In this document: piece by piece, positions 17,300-34,895 of the stretch
Numbering within the stretch: the first letter of the stretch is position 1
Layout: every line of letters starts with the position of its first letter
NCBI RefSeq assembly: GCF_009914755.1
Contig: NC_060939.1
DNA length: 64,000 nucleotides
Source of the DNA: the human T2T-CHM13v2.0 reference genome, Homo sapiens
Strand: one strand, 5' to 3'
Notes under the pieces: generated by a model
The model's database searches: none
Seen by the model: only the letters and a program-made list of their open reading frames with translations
What the model was told of the DNA's origin: nothing
Program-made: the position numbers and the translations under genes

Positions 17300-17530
17300 T
17301 TGCAGGCTCAGCTTTGGCCTAGGGAGTCAGACCCTGCCTGCTTCTGGGCCCCAGAGCCACCCCCATCCACTTGTGATCTGGGAAAGTCATTTAACACCAG
17401 GACCCTTGTTTTCTTATCTGTAACATGGAGATGCTGGTAACTCGTGCCTCATAAAATCACTTGATGTGGGTGAGAGAGAAAGCTAAGTGTTGATGACAGT
17501 GTGGGCCTGACCGTGCCTGAGTAAGCCCCA
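17300..17530 (+). mobile_element. MIR
   Basis: ggagtcagac..tgtgatctgggaaagtcatttaac..ttcttatctgtaacatggagat. Confidence 0.75.
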
Positions 17531-17728
17531 TGGGAACACAGCCGTGGTGGGAAGCAGCTTCCCAGCAGCCCTCCCCGCCATCGGGAGAATCCCCTGAGGC
17601 CATGAGAGGGTCTCAGGGAGGTGGACGGCCCATCAAGTGAGAACCGAGGGCACTGTGCACTCCTGAATCCTAGGACTCCTCTTAGGTAAGCCTTTGAGAT
17701 TTTACTTTGTTTTGGATAAACTGATTCT

Positions 17729-17732
<4 letters not shown>

Positions 17733-17773
<41 letters not shown>
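17733..17773. repeat. (TA)n microsatellite
   Basis: ~18 perfect TA units. Confidence 0.97.
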
Positions 17774-17774
<1 letters not shown>

Positions 17775-17789
17775 CAAAATCTCACTAAC

Positions 17790-18050
17790 TTAGCAAAATT
17801 ATAGTTAGATAGTAAAAATAGGTTCTAATTCTCTATAGCACTGAGGGTGAATATAGTTAAGAATACTTTATGTTTTCTAAAAGCTAGAAGATTTTGAATG
17901 TTCCTAACACAAAGAAATAATAAATATTTGATGTAATAGATATGCTAATTACCCCAATTTGATCTATTTTATATACATATAGAAATGTCACTCCATATCC
18001 CATAAATATGTGCAATTATTATGTGTCAACTGAAAATAAAAGAAAAAATA
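17790..18050 (+). mobile_element. L1MA 3' end
   Basis: gttagatag..ctatagcact..aacacaaagaaataataaat..atgctaattacccc..cccataaatatgtgcaattattatgtgtcaa plus A-rich tail. Confidence 0.9.
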
Positions 18051-19239
18051 CCAATAAAATATGAAACTTGATTTTAAAAAAATCTTACACACTTAGTAAC
18101 AGCAAAATAACTGAGTGGTAAACATCATCTTATGTCTGCCCTAGAACGTCAGGAAATAAATTCTGAAGCTAGAAAAGGGATTCCTGCATTTCTAAGAGTG
18201 TTGACGTTACTATCTGGACCAGCCAGCTGCACTGAGAGGTGGTCCTACTGACTCAGCACGTGCTTGAATCACAGGGTTCAGGTGGTAGATGGGTGAGCGG
18301 CACTGATTTCAGATTAAAACAGCAACTCTCTAGAGACCTTATTTCTATTAATATGTTCTACTGCTGGGACTGACTACAGCATCTAACAGGCCACTTCACT
18401 GTTTTGTTTTAAAGATTTAAAACAGATCAGAGTCAAAGCTTGCATTCTTTGACCCTCTATCTGGTTGATGATTCTGAGTAAAAGGAGAATGGGTGTGACT
18501 GACTCAGCTCCATGGGACATAAAGCAAGATAAAAATGAGGGCACAATGGAAAACAAGTGACAGCAGTGAGAAGCAGAGCATCCTCTCTGCTGCGAAGCAT
18601 GTTGTCTGTGTCGTTGGCAATGCTGGAGAAGCTATTGGACAGAAAGGGGAACTAAAAAAGTGTGGCTCCCACAGTACATCCAACTGGGCTTGTTTAAGAC
18701 ACACACATAAAGTGCTGGACTGGAGGGAAATTGGAGACTATGTGGCCACACACTTGCACCAACAGCCAGAATGGGGAAGTGGCCTAGTGAAGCTTAGCTG
18801 TGCAGAACCGGGTTCCCAGCTCCTGATTCCTGATGCCAATTAATTCCTAGTAACCAGGTTTTATTTGTATTTTGTTCAAAGCCCTCCTTCTCTGTGCAGC
18901 ATCCCTAGGCCCTCTGTCCTGGAGGGGTGCCTTCCCCTCTGACATGGCACTACCACCTGTCATCTCTGCCCAGCCCGGGCTGGGCACTTTCTTCAACCTT
19001 TTGTTGCGGCCACTTTCCTTGACTTTCATCTTCTAGAGTGGGAGATTGAAGGGATGAGAAAATTGCAGTTCAGAGATGTTAAGGAGCATATCCAAGGTCA
19101 AAGCCCACTTGAAAGAGAATTTGTTGAGGTCCCCAGAAAGTTAGCCACTACTTGCTTTTGACTCCCCTGCCTACCTGACCACCTCTTCTCTGAGTACACA
19201 GAGTGGCTCTGAGGAAACTGCAGGTGAACCCCACCTGTG

Positions 19240-19941
19240 CCAGCCCCTGGAAGCCACCAGTCTGTTTTCTGATATAATGATTTCGCTTTTTCCTTTTTGG
19301 TAAGGTTATATACATGTATTTATATAGCCATTTGGTCTTGCTTCTTTTACTGAGCAAAATTTATTTAGAATTTTCTTCATTGAAAAGTTTTTACCTGCAA
19401 ATTTAATGCCTTTAATAGATATAGGACTACTGGTTATCTATTTCTTTTTTTAATGAGTTTTGATAATTTTAATCTTCCACGGAATTGGTCTATATCACAT
19501 AAGTTTCCAAAATTATGGGCATAATGATGCTTTGTGGATTCTGTTATTATTTTGTAATGTCTGTGGGATCAGCAATGATGCTTCCTGTTTGAGTCATAAT
19601 ATTAATAATCTAGGTTTTCTTGTTTTCTTTATGATCCTCACTACAGCTATGGCAATTGTATTGATCCTGTTTTAAGAACAAGATTTGTTTCCTCTGTTGT
19701 TTTTCTGTTTTCTGTTATTAATTATATCAACCTGCTCTAATTTATTCTATTTTATTCTTTCTGCTTGTTTTAGTTTTAATTTTATTCTTTTCTCTAGTTT
19801 CTAGTTTTCCTAAGTAGAATATTAGGTTAATAAATTTAAATCTTTCTTTCTAATATAAGGCTTTAATGTTATAAATTTCCCTCTAAGCACGCATTTAGTT
19901 GTATTCCCCCAAATTTTGATATGTTTTATTTTCATTCTCTT
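19240..19941 (-). mobile_element. Old L1M fragments (host of the next insertion)
   Basis: ttataaatttccctctaagcac..aaattttgatatgtt antisense L1 motifs. Confidence 0.75.
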
Positions 19942-24340
<4,399 letters not shown>

Positions 24341-24519
24341 GGACATATGTGTTCTCTCAACAATTACTATTTTGACCTACATACCTGTGGTGTGGTTAGT
24401 TGATCATAAATTCCTTAAGAATTAAAGCATCTTTGATTAGAGTCTTTCTAAGTAGAAATACTCTAAGTCTACTAGGCAGAAACGTGACATGAGTTGCTCT
24501 ATAGGGATTTTTAGATTTT

Positions 24520-25560
24520 TTTTGCCCAGTTCCTAAACCTAAGGACAGTTCACATAACTGAAGTTCTATGATTGACGGAGAAGCTCGTTTGTTTTGAAGG
24601 ACGACCCTGACTGACAGCTGTACATACACACTGCAACTCTATACCTTCCCCAGAAGGGCTTGTTGCTATCTGCCAGAGTTACTGTGCACTGGAAAGGAAA
24701 ATATTCACATGCTAATTTCTAGGTCCCCAGAAAGTCAGTGTGGCCTATCATTGAGAGTGTGTGCCATAGTTCATAGAAGTGAAATACAGTCTTAACTTGA
24801 ATTCAACTCATACTGGCTCCTATGGTTTGTACACACACCTTGAGGTAAGTTTCTGATCCTAGAATGTAATTGGGACTAGTTATGCTTAGTAACATGCAGA
24901 GTTCTCACATTAGCTTCCTGGTGTGTAATGAATGTGATTTTAGTAGGAAAGACTTTGGAATGCCCACTCTCCAAGTTATTAACAAAGCAATACCACATTC
25001 CAGGGGAAATTTCAGAGATTAATGCCACCATAAAGCTCTTGAAAAATAAAGGTATTGTGATTCCCAGTATAGTCTATGTAACTCTCCTTTATGACTACTG
25101 CAATAAATTATAAAGATCTTGGAGGGTGATCAGGGACTGCTGAACAATTAATCAGATAGAGACATTGCTCAGAATATAGTATTTTAACTGGAGTAAATCA
25201 GTGAAGTCCCTGGCACCTGCTATTTAGCTATTGCCCTAGCATTTCCCCACCTAAATCTTATCAGCAAAGATAATGGTTTTATGCAGTTTGCCTGTGACAA
25301 GAGCAGCAATATACCTTTGGTGTCTTAACTCCAGGCTAGGTTTGCTCTCCTATTCTCTTTTGGTATATTGTTTTGAGAGACTCTGATTTTGCTAATTATC
25401 CATAAAACCTCACACTGATCCATTATAATAATGTCATCATACTAACTGGATCTTCAAAGTAGGAGGTAGCAAACAGACTTGGTTAGACCCATGCATATCC
25501 CAGGCTGAGAAATAAGTCCTACAAATGTTTAGGGATATGACATATTAGTGAGATATCCAG
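24520..25560 (+). mobile_element. ERVL (HERV-L/ERVL-E-like) internal pro-pol fossil
   Basis: ORF 24928-25113 contains KQYHIPGEISEINATIKLLKNKGIVIP, resembling ERVL RT KQYRIPGG..I.ATIKDLKDAGVVIP; degenerate LIHYNNVII near 25415 in place of HYIDDI. Confidence 0.85.
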
Positions 25561-25989
25561 GGACATATGAAAAGAAGAATTAAATACAAAAGTATTTTTT
25601 TAAAATTTTTTTTTACTTCTTTAAAAAAAAAAGAAATGCAAAAGAGTGAGGCTTCAGAAGACTCAGCAAGTCAAAACACAACAGGCATTTAAATGGGAAA
25701 AACTCCTCAAAACCTGTCGAGGTTAATGAGTTTTCACGTAACCTGTTTATCATGGAGAAAGTAATTTTCTCACATATTATCATATCCACAAAGACATGAC
25801 TTATCTTCAAATATCTTCAGTTATATTAGGGGCCAAGGTTGGATTTATTTTTGTTAGAGAATCAGCAACTGACAGGGAATTCTGATGGTTTTATTATTTC
25901 TGGTGTACATCAGTATACAACATAATGTTTTGAAACTGTCTGTGGAATGCTTACTCACGGGGGACATAAGGGGAGATACCAGTTTTGCC

Positions 25990-26650
25990 CCAAATAGCCC
26001 ACATCAGGAATTGCTTCCATCTCTGCTTTCTTGGCTTTTCTAGGTTTGGAGGCTCTGGTGATAAGGGGAACTGCTTCCAGCAGAAAACAAAGTCATAGCG
26101 GTGTGAAACTGAGACCACCCAGTTAGGGCTTTACGTGCCACGAGAACCACATGCAGATGAGGTGGTTGGGTGAACCGTTCAAGGTGCTGTAGCTTTCAGG
26201 CGAGTATGACTGAATTGACATCTCCTTGTTATGATCCTGTAGCTGATGGGACTCCGTCATTTCCCTGGGACAGAACCTTGGTTTTTCGTACAGACACAGA
26301 AATACTTGATGTTGACAAAGAAAAGTGGTGGGCTATGCTGGGCCATCTGCTTTTGCCCTTCCAGACCCGACCTCCACTTTCAGCATGCGTCTGTCCCCAG
26401 GATGGGCTGGGCTTGTGGGTGGTGCAAGGAGAGAGTGGTATTACACCACTGCATCCCTCCATGCCAGGTTCCTGGGGTGGCAGTGACTACTTTTCTCTTC
26501 TGGAAGCACAGCTTCTTGTGTCTTTCTTTTAGAACAGCAGTTTCCTTGCTGATGTTTTGTGGCCCCTCTTTCCAGCTGCTGGCCCTGGAAAAAGTGCCAG
26601 CAAAGTTCCTCACAGTTCTTTGCTGTTTTCCATTACTGTGCCCATGTTAT
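25990..26650 (+). mobile_element. ERVL 3' internal remnant plus probable LTR (LTR33/LTR16-like)
   Basis: tttggaggctctggt..ggaactgcttccag, then purine tract aaagaaaagtggtgg before an LTR-like segment. Confidence 0.45.
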
Positions 26651-27259
26651 TGTAAATTATTGTTGCATTGAAGCTTTCTTCAATGTGCCACCTATGTCCT
26701 GTAAGGAGACTGAAACAATATCAGAATATCAGAAAATACCAGAATATGAAAGTGACCGTTAACAACAACAACAATGACAAAACCACTTTCTGACAGCCTG
26801 GAGTTTTCTGAACTCTCCTTCACTGGAGGTTTTCATTAAGGTTGGTTTACATGACCTCAAATCATAGACAGACTACAGAACTAAATAAATCAGTTAAGTT
26901 GGGTGGTCACCCCTAAGAGCTGTGCAGAGAAACTCAGATAGCTGATGGTCAATGGACTAAATGAGCTTCACTGTTTTTCTAATGCCAGCACAGACTCTTA
27001 TGGGTTCCCATCTGGCTTGCAGACTCAATTTTATGAGTTTTCTCTTAACCAAATGTGTGTGCTGTAGTCACTTTTGAGACTCTGGTTTTGGTAGTAAAGG
27101 GCTCTAGTATTTTTTGTAAGGCAAGTAAGACAATGCCATGTTCGCACTGTGTTCCCAAGTCTGAATGAAGAGAATACAGATCCGGAAACAGACATAGCTG
27201 ATCTATTCTATCTCCATTGTAAAATACAGCAGAGATTTCTGGTTAAGCATGAATAATAA

Positions 27260-27538
27260 GGCTGGGCACAGTGGCTCATGCCTATAATCCCTGCACTTTG
27301 GGAGGCCAAGGGAAGAGGATTGTTTGAGCCCAGGAGTTCAAGAGCAGCCTGGATGGCCTACAGAGGCCTCATCTCTACCAAAAAAAGTATAATAATTAGC
27401 CAGGTGCAGTGGCATACACCTGTAGTTCCAGCTACTAGGGAGGCTGAGGACCCAGGAGTTAGACATTTCCGTGAGCTATGATCATGCCACTCCACTCCAG
27501 CCTGGGCAACAGAGTGAGACCCTGTCAACAACAACAAG
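27260..27538 (+). mobile_element. AluJ
   Basis: gaggattgtttgagcccaggagttc; (CAA)n tail; TSD ..atgaataataa on both sides. Confidence 0.95.
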
Positions 27539-27980
27539 AAGAATGAATAATAACAGAAATTTAGAAATAAATTTAGTAGAGTAGAGACACAATAGCAGTG
27601 CGGAAGATGCAGGATGGATTAGACTGTTTGATATGTAATACTTCTATCCTTTCTCCTTAACGGCTTAGGATAAGATGGGGTGGAAGGGGCTAGAAGTGTA
27701 TTGAAAAGAAAGATTAAGCAAAGCCAGGGTTAGAACCTGTAATACTATACTTTGTTAAATCAGGAAGTGAATCTCATGTAATCATATAAGATTTTGTTGT
27801 CTGACCTTTAGTTTTCTATGTCACAAAATATTTTTGGTATTTAGAGCAGTGTCTAATATATAGTAATTCTGAATAGCTATTTGTCATGTGGAAGAATGAT
27901 ACTTCCACTTGAAATTACAGAAATGAGCTTAGCAATTCCTGTTGTGATCAGCATAGCTATGTCACATTATAGAAAATATT

Positions 27981-28350
<370 letters not shown>

Positions 28351-29529
28351 AAAATATTAATGGATATGTAAAGCAGTTGACTTCTGTTTATTATGGCAGA
28401 AAGGGTATCAGAAAGAACTAAACCCTCTCCCATGTGTAACCAAAACTCTGGCCCAGACAAATGAGAGGCTACTCATGTATGCCAGGCACATGGGGGAAGG
28501 GAGGCAGGCAGACAAGGAAAGGCTTCCTCCTGGCTACTCAAAGCTGGATGACCAAGGGATGCTTGAATTTTCTCCAACTCTTTGAAAGACTATACTCGAT
28601 TCCATTTCTTATTTCATTATACTTTTTCATGCATTAGCCTCATCACCCTGGACAGCACAGTCGTTAAGCACTTGTTCAACCAGAGAGCCAAGCAAAGGTT
28701 CCTGCATTGTACAAAGCCATTGTCTTTGGCCCCAGTGATTCTACAAGGTGGTGGAAATTCCCTATTTTTACATTCCATTTGTGTATGGTTTATTTCCCTC
28801 ATCGTGATTGTACACATGTGATTTCACTGGAGCCTCAGAAGCCTCTTGTAGATGAGAAATGTAGCCCTGCAGCGGCTCTCCTCTTTCTCCAGGGAGAGTC
28901 GGGTGGCCCACGTTGCTCGTCCTGAGATTCTGAGCAGAGCTCACCTCCTGCCATGTGGTCACTGAGTAGCCTGCCAGGCTCTGCTGCCTTCTCAGTGGTC
29001 ACACTTATATAAAGACATTTGAGAACAGAAGTGACAGTGTTAATCTAAACACATTATTTGCCTGCATAAAATTTATTTTGCAATGGGATTGGCAAAAATG
29101 TATCTAACTTGCCAAATTTTCTGAAATGGATCCCTGAATTTGAGATGTTTCTTAGTAGCCTGGGAGGTGCAGTTGTACCTGAATGTCAGAAGATTGCATG
29201 CTTACATCTGTTTTCAGATAAGTAGTAAAAATGCCAGGCATTTTAATGGAAAGTCACTTGTCACTAATGAAACAGATGATTTACTCTTTTGTCTTTCACA
29301 CTGGTAACCATGGCAGTACATCTCAATTCTTGTAGAACATTATTTCTAAGATAATTCCTCAAGGCTATTTAGACTTAGCACATCTTACAGGCTACAATTT
29401 TGTACCATAGTCTTTTAGAGGAATCCATCATTTTAAAATCCTCAGATTCAGGAGGTATATAGGACCAAGCTATAGGAATTAGGAGAGTGTCAATAAAAAC
29501 TGTTGTGCATATCTTTTCACAGTTAGCAA

Positions 29530-29678
29530 AATTCTCAACCATGACTCTGCAACAGAATCCCCTGGGAACTCTAAAAATGCTTATGCCCGGGCCCTCACTG
29601 TATCAGAATGTCCGAGGTAGGGAGAAGTCTGCATATTTTCTCAAAGATCCCCTAGTGATTCTAATGTGCACCCAGGAA
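29530..29678. mobile_element. MER5 (hAT-Charlie)
   Basis: ttctcaacc..agaatcccctggg..tctgcatattt..gtgattctaatgtgcaccc. Confidence 0.75.
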
Positions 29679-30520
29679 TAGTACATTTAGCTTTTCTGCA
29701 ACTAAATGGATCAAGAGATTAAATTGCAACACCCAAAAACCCTTGGCAATTTTTCATTAGCATACCACAGTCATAATCTCTTCCATTAGTATATGTACAG
29801 AGACCAGGAACTAGGTATTGTCTCCATGGAATTACCTTCCATGGAGAAGATAAGGGTGTCAATAGCAAGAAGGTGATGAAGTGAAGGCAAGGGTATCATG
29901 CACACCGTATCTTAGTTCATCTGAGTTCCTCGGCTGTAAGCAGAATGTCGTTCTGAAAATAGCACAATCAAGTGAGATACCTTGAGCAAAAAAAAAAAAA
30001 AAAAAAAAAGGAGATGGAACTGCCTTCTCAGCACATCTCCTTTCCTAGTACATGATTGGTTTCTATTATCAACTATAAATCAAGTTTGATTTAGAGCTAT
30101 GTTCTGCTTATATCAGGACTTTTCAGTTACTCTATCAGAATTCCTTAATATGATTTTATTTTTAAAAGTTAATTCAAAAAGTGTATTTCTGGGAACCTAT
30201 AGCAATCAGTCTTGCTTTTATTGCAAATATGTTTATGTGTATATATATAATTTTTTTCAATTCAAAAACCGATGGAACTTCCTTTAACCGTAACCACTAA
30301 AATGTCAGTAAATGCAGTAACTATCTGACTTGATGAGACTCTCAACCAAAACCCAGTCTTTCCAACATATAAGCTGTCCAATAACAGGATTGATTGACAG
30401 CTTTCATAAGAGGAGTTTCCACAACAGGAGCTTCCACATACATTACCAGGCTTGCGCACTTTGAATTGCAGCCTTGTCACAAGACACTCTAAAAAGACTG
30501 ATTGGTTCTGATGTACCTAA

Positions 30521-30965
<445 letters not shown>

Positions 30966-31689
30966 CTAGATTTCTTAAGACAGACAAGAGTCAGCCTCAG
31001 GAGAAAGATTAGCCTTTTGAGAAGAACTGCTTGGACTTAACTTAAGGGACTATGGTTACATCCAAACCCCACTAGAAATATTCTCACTAGATTTTAAAAC
31101 AGGACTTATTTTGTTTCTTAATTAATCAATATATTCAAAAGAGAACAGGGTTATCCTTCACAAAGAATGAAACAGTGATGCCTCCTGCCTGACGTTTTCC
31201 TCTGGCCTTAGACCATGCTATGCAGCAGAGGCTTAAAAGTGGTTGGGGCAACTCCTGCTTCAGTGAGAATGTCTAAAATTCATGTCCACAGAAAGGTATA
31301 CAGACCAAGCATGTACTCTTCACAGAGAGTATGGTATCAAAAATTGGAGTGCCAGGTTTTTCTAAATGTTAATCCCATAAGAAATAAAAGATTTGGCAGC
31401 ACCATGGGTAATATGAAATGAGTGGTGACAGGTGACCCTAGAATAAATGAAAGAAGCAACATTTTTTCCTTGGGTTGGGATGCATTCATGGAGAGTATGT
31501 AACTTAGTAATGACAGCAGGGTACCAAAGCGAAACTCCAAGACTGCAGGTAAAGATCGGCCATATTATGCTTAACAGTATTCAGCTCACAGTGCAGACCT
31601 ATGTAGAGGAGCCAAACCGGGATTGTTTTATGTTCCCAAATTGCCAGGACTCTTTGTGTTGTAAAAATAACAAAGATGATGATGATGAT

Positions 31690-31838
31690 GATAGTTAACA
31701 TGTATTGGATGCATAATATGTATAGGCTCTGTTCTAAGAACTTCACTGGTGATATCCCTATTTAATCCCATAACAACTGTAGAAGGCAGGTATTATTATC
31801 TCCCCATTTTACAGATAACTGAGTCGCAGGGACATTAA
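31690..31838 (-). mobile_element. MIR, split by the tubulin retrocopy; resumes ~32505-32570
   Basis: tttaatcccataacaac..aggtattattatctccccattttacagataactgag; later actagtaatg..aggaataaaaccca. Confidence 0.8.
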
Positions 31839-32465
31839 CTTTTTTTCTTTCTTTTTTTTTTTTTTCTATAAGAATGTTTTAGCCAGGCACCGTGACTCAC
31901 TCCTATAATCCCAGCACTTTGGGAGGCCAAGAGGGGGCGGATCACCTGAGGTCAGGAGTTCGAGACCAGCCTGGCCAACATGGTGAAACCCCATCCCTAC
32001 TAAAATTACAAAAATCAGCTGGGTGTGGTGGCGCATGCCTGTAGTCCCAACTGCTGGGGAGGCTGAGGCAGAAGAATCACTTGAACCCGGGAGGTGGAGG
32101 TTGCAGTGAGCCTAGATGGCGGCGCCACTGCACTCCAGCCTGAGTGACAGAGCCAGACTTCATCTCAAAAAAAAAAAAAGGAATGCTTTATTAGCCAAAA
32201 CCGCATACTATGAAAATGCTTTAAAATGCGACAGGATGTGATGTGAAGACATAAAGGATGTGATGTGAAGCACAGTGACACATGGCTATCAGAACACAGA
32301 ACACATGGCTATCAGAACACATAAGTAAAGAATCCACACTGCCTCCACTCTTTACCTGGTAAAGGAAGGACCTAGGCCACCTCCTCCTCGGCACACTCCT
32401 CCTCAAACTCTCCCTCCTCCTCAGCTGTGGCATCCTGGAACTGTTAGTACTCAGACACCAGCTCG
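31839..32465 (-). pseudogene. 5'-truncated beta-tubulin processed pseudogene (TUBB8/TUBB4B lineage): last 30 codons, 3' UTR and poly(A)
   Basis: Minus strand 32464-32372 translates ELVSEY*QFQDATAEEEGEFEEECAEEEVA*; TUBB8-like 3' UTR (GCATTTTAAAGCATTTTCATAGTATGCGGTTTTG); AATAAA at 32192-32187; poly(A) appears as T tract 31840-31865. Confidence 0.93.
31881..32179 (+). mobile_element. AluSx-like, inserted beside the poly(A) signal of the tubulin retrocopy
   Basis: Dimer; TSD gaatgtttta / gaatgcttta. Confidence 0.97.
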
Positions 32466-32643
32466 AACACATTAATGTCCCTCAATCTCAGTTACCTGTA
32501 AAATACCTACCTGTCCTATCATATAACTAGTAATGATAGGAATAGGAATAAAACCCAAATAGAAATCCTGCATCTATGCTACCCTAAATAGCAACTGTGC
32601 TGTAAAATACTTGCAGTCTACCCTGCTTTCAAGAAATAGAGCA

Positions 32644-33017
<374 letters not shown>

Positions 33018-33867
33018 CTACGCTCCTCACAAGGCCTGCCTTGGCCACTTCTCCCTCCGCGTGCCCTCGGATCACACAACCTTCCACATAATCATTGTTA
33101 TGTAAAGATAATCAGTTCCTGGAGCTCAAGTATTTTTCCTGACAAATGTCTCTCTTGTGGTATTTAGACAATAGTTATTATTTGTAATAGAATCTGGCAT
33201 TCTGGTAAAAGTTAATTGACATGGCCCGAAGAAGTAATAAGCATATGCAGATTAAAGTATTTCTTCTTTGTCCACATTTCAGGTGACATTTTTCAGATGC
33301 CACACTTAAAGGGATAGGATTAATGCTCTGTGGATGTATCCTCTTCCTTTCCACATCAAAAGAAAGGCTGTGCAATCTGCTACCACCATCATTCTGGGGT
33401 CACAGATGATGATGACACAGAGCAATGAACTAGATGATCACAGTCACAGAGTGAGGGAAAGAGACTAATCTGCATGGTCTTCGTCCGTGCACCACAGGCT
33501 GTGCAGGAAGCTGGAGGGTTGTGACCACCTCCAATGCATCAGGCCACATGCCCAACAGAGCAAGTGGCAGGCCCCAAGCACGTTGTCGTTACAGCCTCAC
33601 TCCAGAGCTGCTTCCTGGGGATTTAAGGTAGGAAAAAAAAGCAAGCAAAATGTTAATCCTATAAGAATAAAAGATTTGGCAGCACCATGGGTAATATAAA
33701 ATGAGTGGCGGTAGGTGACCCTCGAATAAATGAAAGTGCCGTTTTCCCATTTATCCATCCATTCATTCTACAAATATTTACTGAGCATGTACCATGAGCC
33801 CAGCAGACATAGCCCCTGTCCGCAATATGCTCAAAGATTACTGAGGGCATAAATAAGAAAATCACCA

Positions 33868-34171
33868 GGCCAGGCACGGTGGCTCACGCCTGTAATCCCA
33901 GCACTTTGGGAGGCTGAGACAGGCGGATCACAAGGTCAAGAGATGGAGACCATCCTGGCTAAGATGGTGAAACCCTGTCTCTACTAAAAATACAAAAAAT
34001 TAGCCAGGTGTGGTGGCGGGCACCTGTAGTCCCAGCTACTTGGGAGGCTGAGGCAAGGAGAATGGCGTGAACTAGGGAGGCAGAGCTTGCAGTGAGCCGA
34101 GATCACACCACTGCACTCCAGCGTGGGGGACAGAGCGAGACTCCGTCTCAAAAAAAAAAAAAAAAAGAAAA
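33868..34171 (+). mobile_element. AluY
   Basis: Dimer; TSD aagaaaatcacc 33855-33866 and 34170-34181. Confidence 0.96.
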
Positions 34172-34476
34172 GAAAATCACCCATGTGATTTATGGGCACA
34201 GAAGGGGCACTCCTAACCCAAAACCAATGAAGCCATTCTTAAAGAGGCCACCTGAGAGCTGAATCTTGAGGGACTGGTAGTGGTAGCCAGGACCCCAGGC
34301 AGAGGTGCTGTCCAGATGAGGATGGAGCAGGTGAAATGCTTGAACAAACACGACCTGCTAAAGAAGCTTGATGAGACTGAGGCTGAAGAGTCATGTGAGG
34401 CTGTGTCTGGGGGAGAAGAGAACAGTGGGACCAGATAATGAAGAGCCTTGTGAAAGAAGTTATCTTAAAAGCAACC

Positions 34477-34549
34477 AGGTTGCAGTGAGCCGAGATCACG
34501 CCACTGCACTCCAGCCTAGGTGGCAGAGCAAGACTCTGTCTCAAAAAAA
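34477..34549 (+). mobile_element. Alu 3'-terminal fragment
   Basis: aggttgcagtgagccgagatcacgccactgcactccagcc..tctcaaaaaaa. Confidence 0.93.
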
Positions 34550-34850
34550 GTCCTGAAGAATATTACAAAGGAGAAGAGCACTATCTAATTTGTACAATTC
34601 TGAAATAACTGCAGAGCCTATGCAGAAGTGATTGACAAGTAAGAAAAGCATTTTAGAGGATTATTACTTTGGCACAGGGAAAAATCCTATTGAGGTTTGA
34701 AACTGGAGAAAGTAGTAGTGGTGACGGATTGAAACATGGCAACTGACATGATATGTGGGATCAAAGAGGAAGGCTGACTCACAGGTAGGGTTGGTACCTG
34801 AATGGGAGATGGCAGTGCTAAGGGAAGAAGTATGTGGGGACTTTAACCGT

Positions 34851-34895
34851 GGGCCAGTGGCGCAATGGATAACGCGTCTGACTACGGATCAGAAG
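34851..34895 (+). pseudogene. Tailless retropseudogene: 5' 45 nt of tRNA-Arg(ACG)
   Basis: GGGCCAGTGGCGCAATGGATAACGCGTCTGACTACGGATCAGAAG matches the vertebrate tRNA-Arg-ACG 5' part (anticodon loop CTACGGA); T arm and 3' acceptor strand absent; TSD agaagtatgtggggact 34826-34842 and 34891-34907. Confidence 0.95.

Noticed and set aside
29987-30009. Solo poly(A) tract as a possible ultra-truncated retroinsertion
   Set aside because: No convincing TSD or upstream element
32221-32472. 83-aa minus-strand ORF
   Set aside because: Alternate frame over the tubulin pseudogene; the true frame has an internal TAA at 32444-32446
34851-34895. Functional tRNA-Arg gene
   Set aside because: No T arm/B box, 3' acceptor strand or oligo-T terminator
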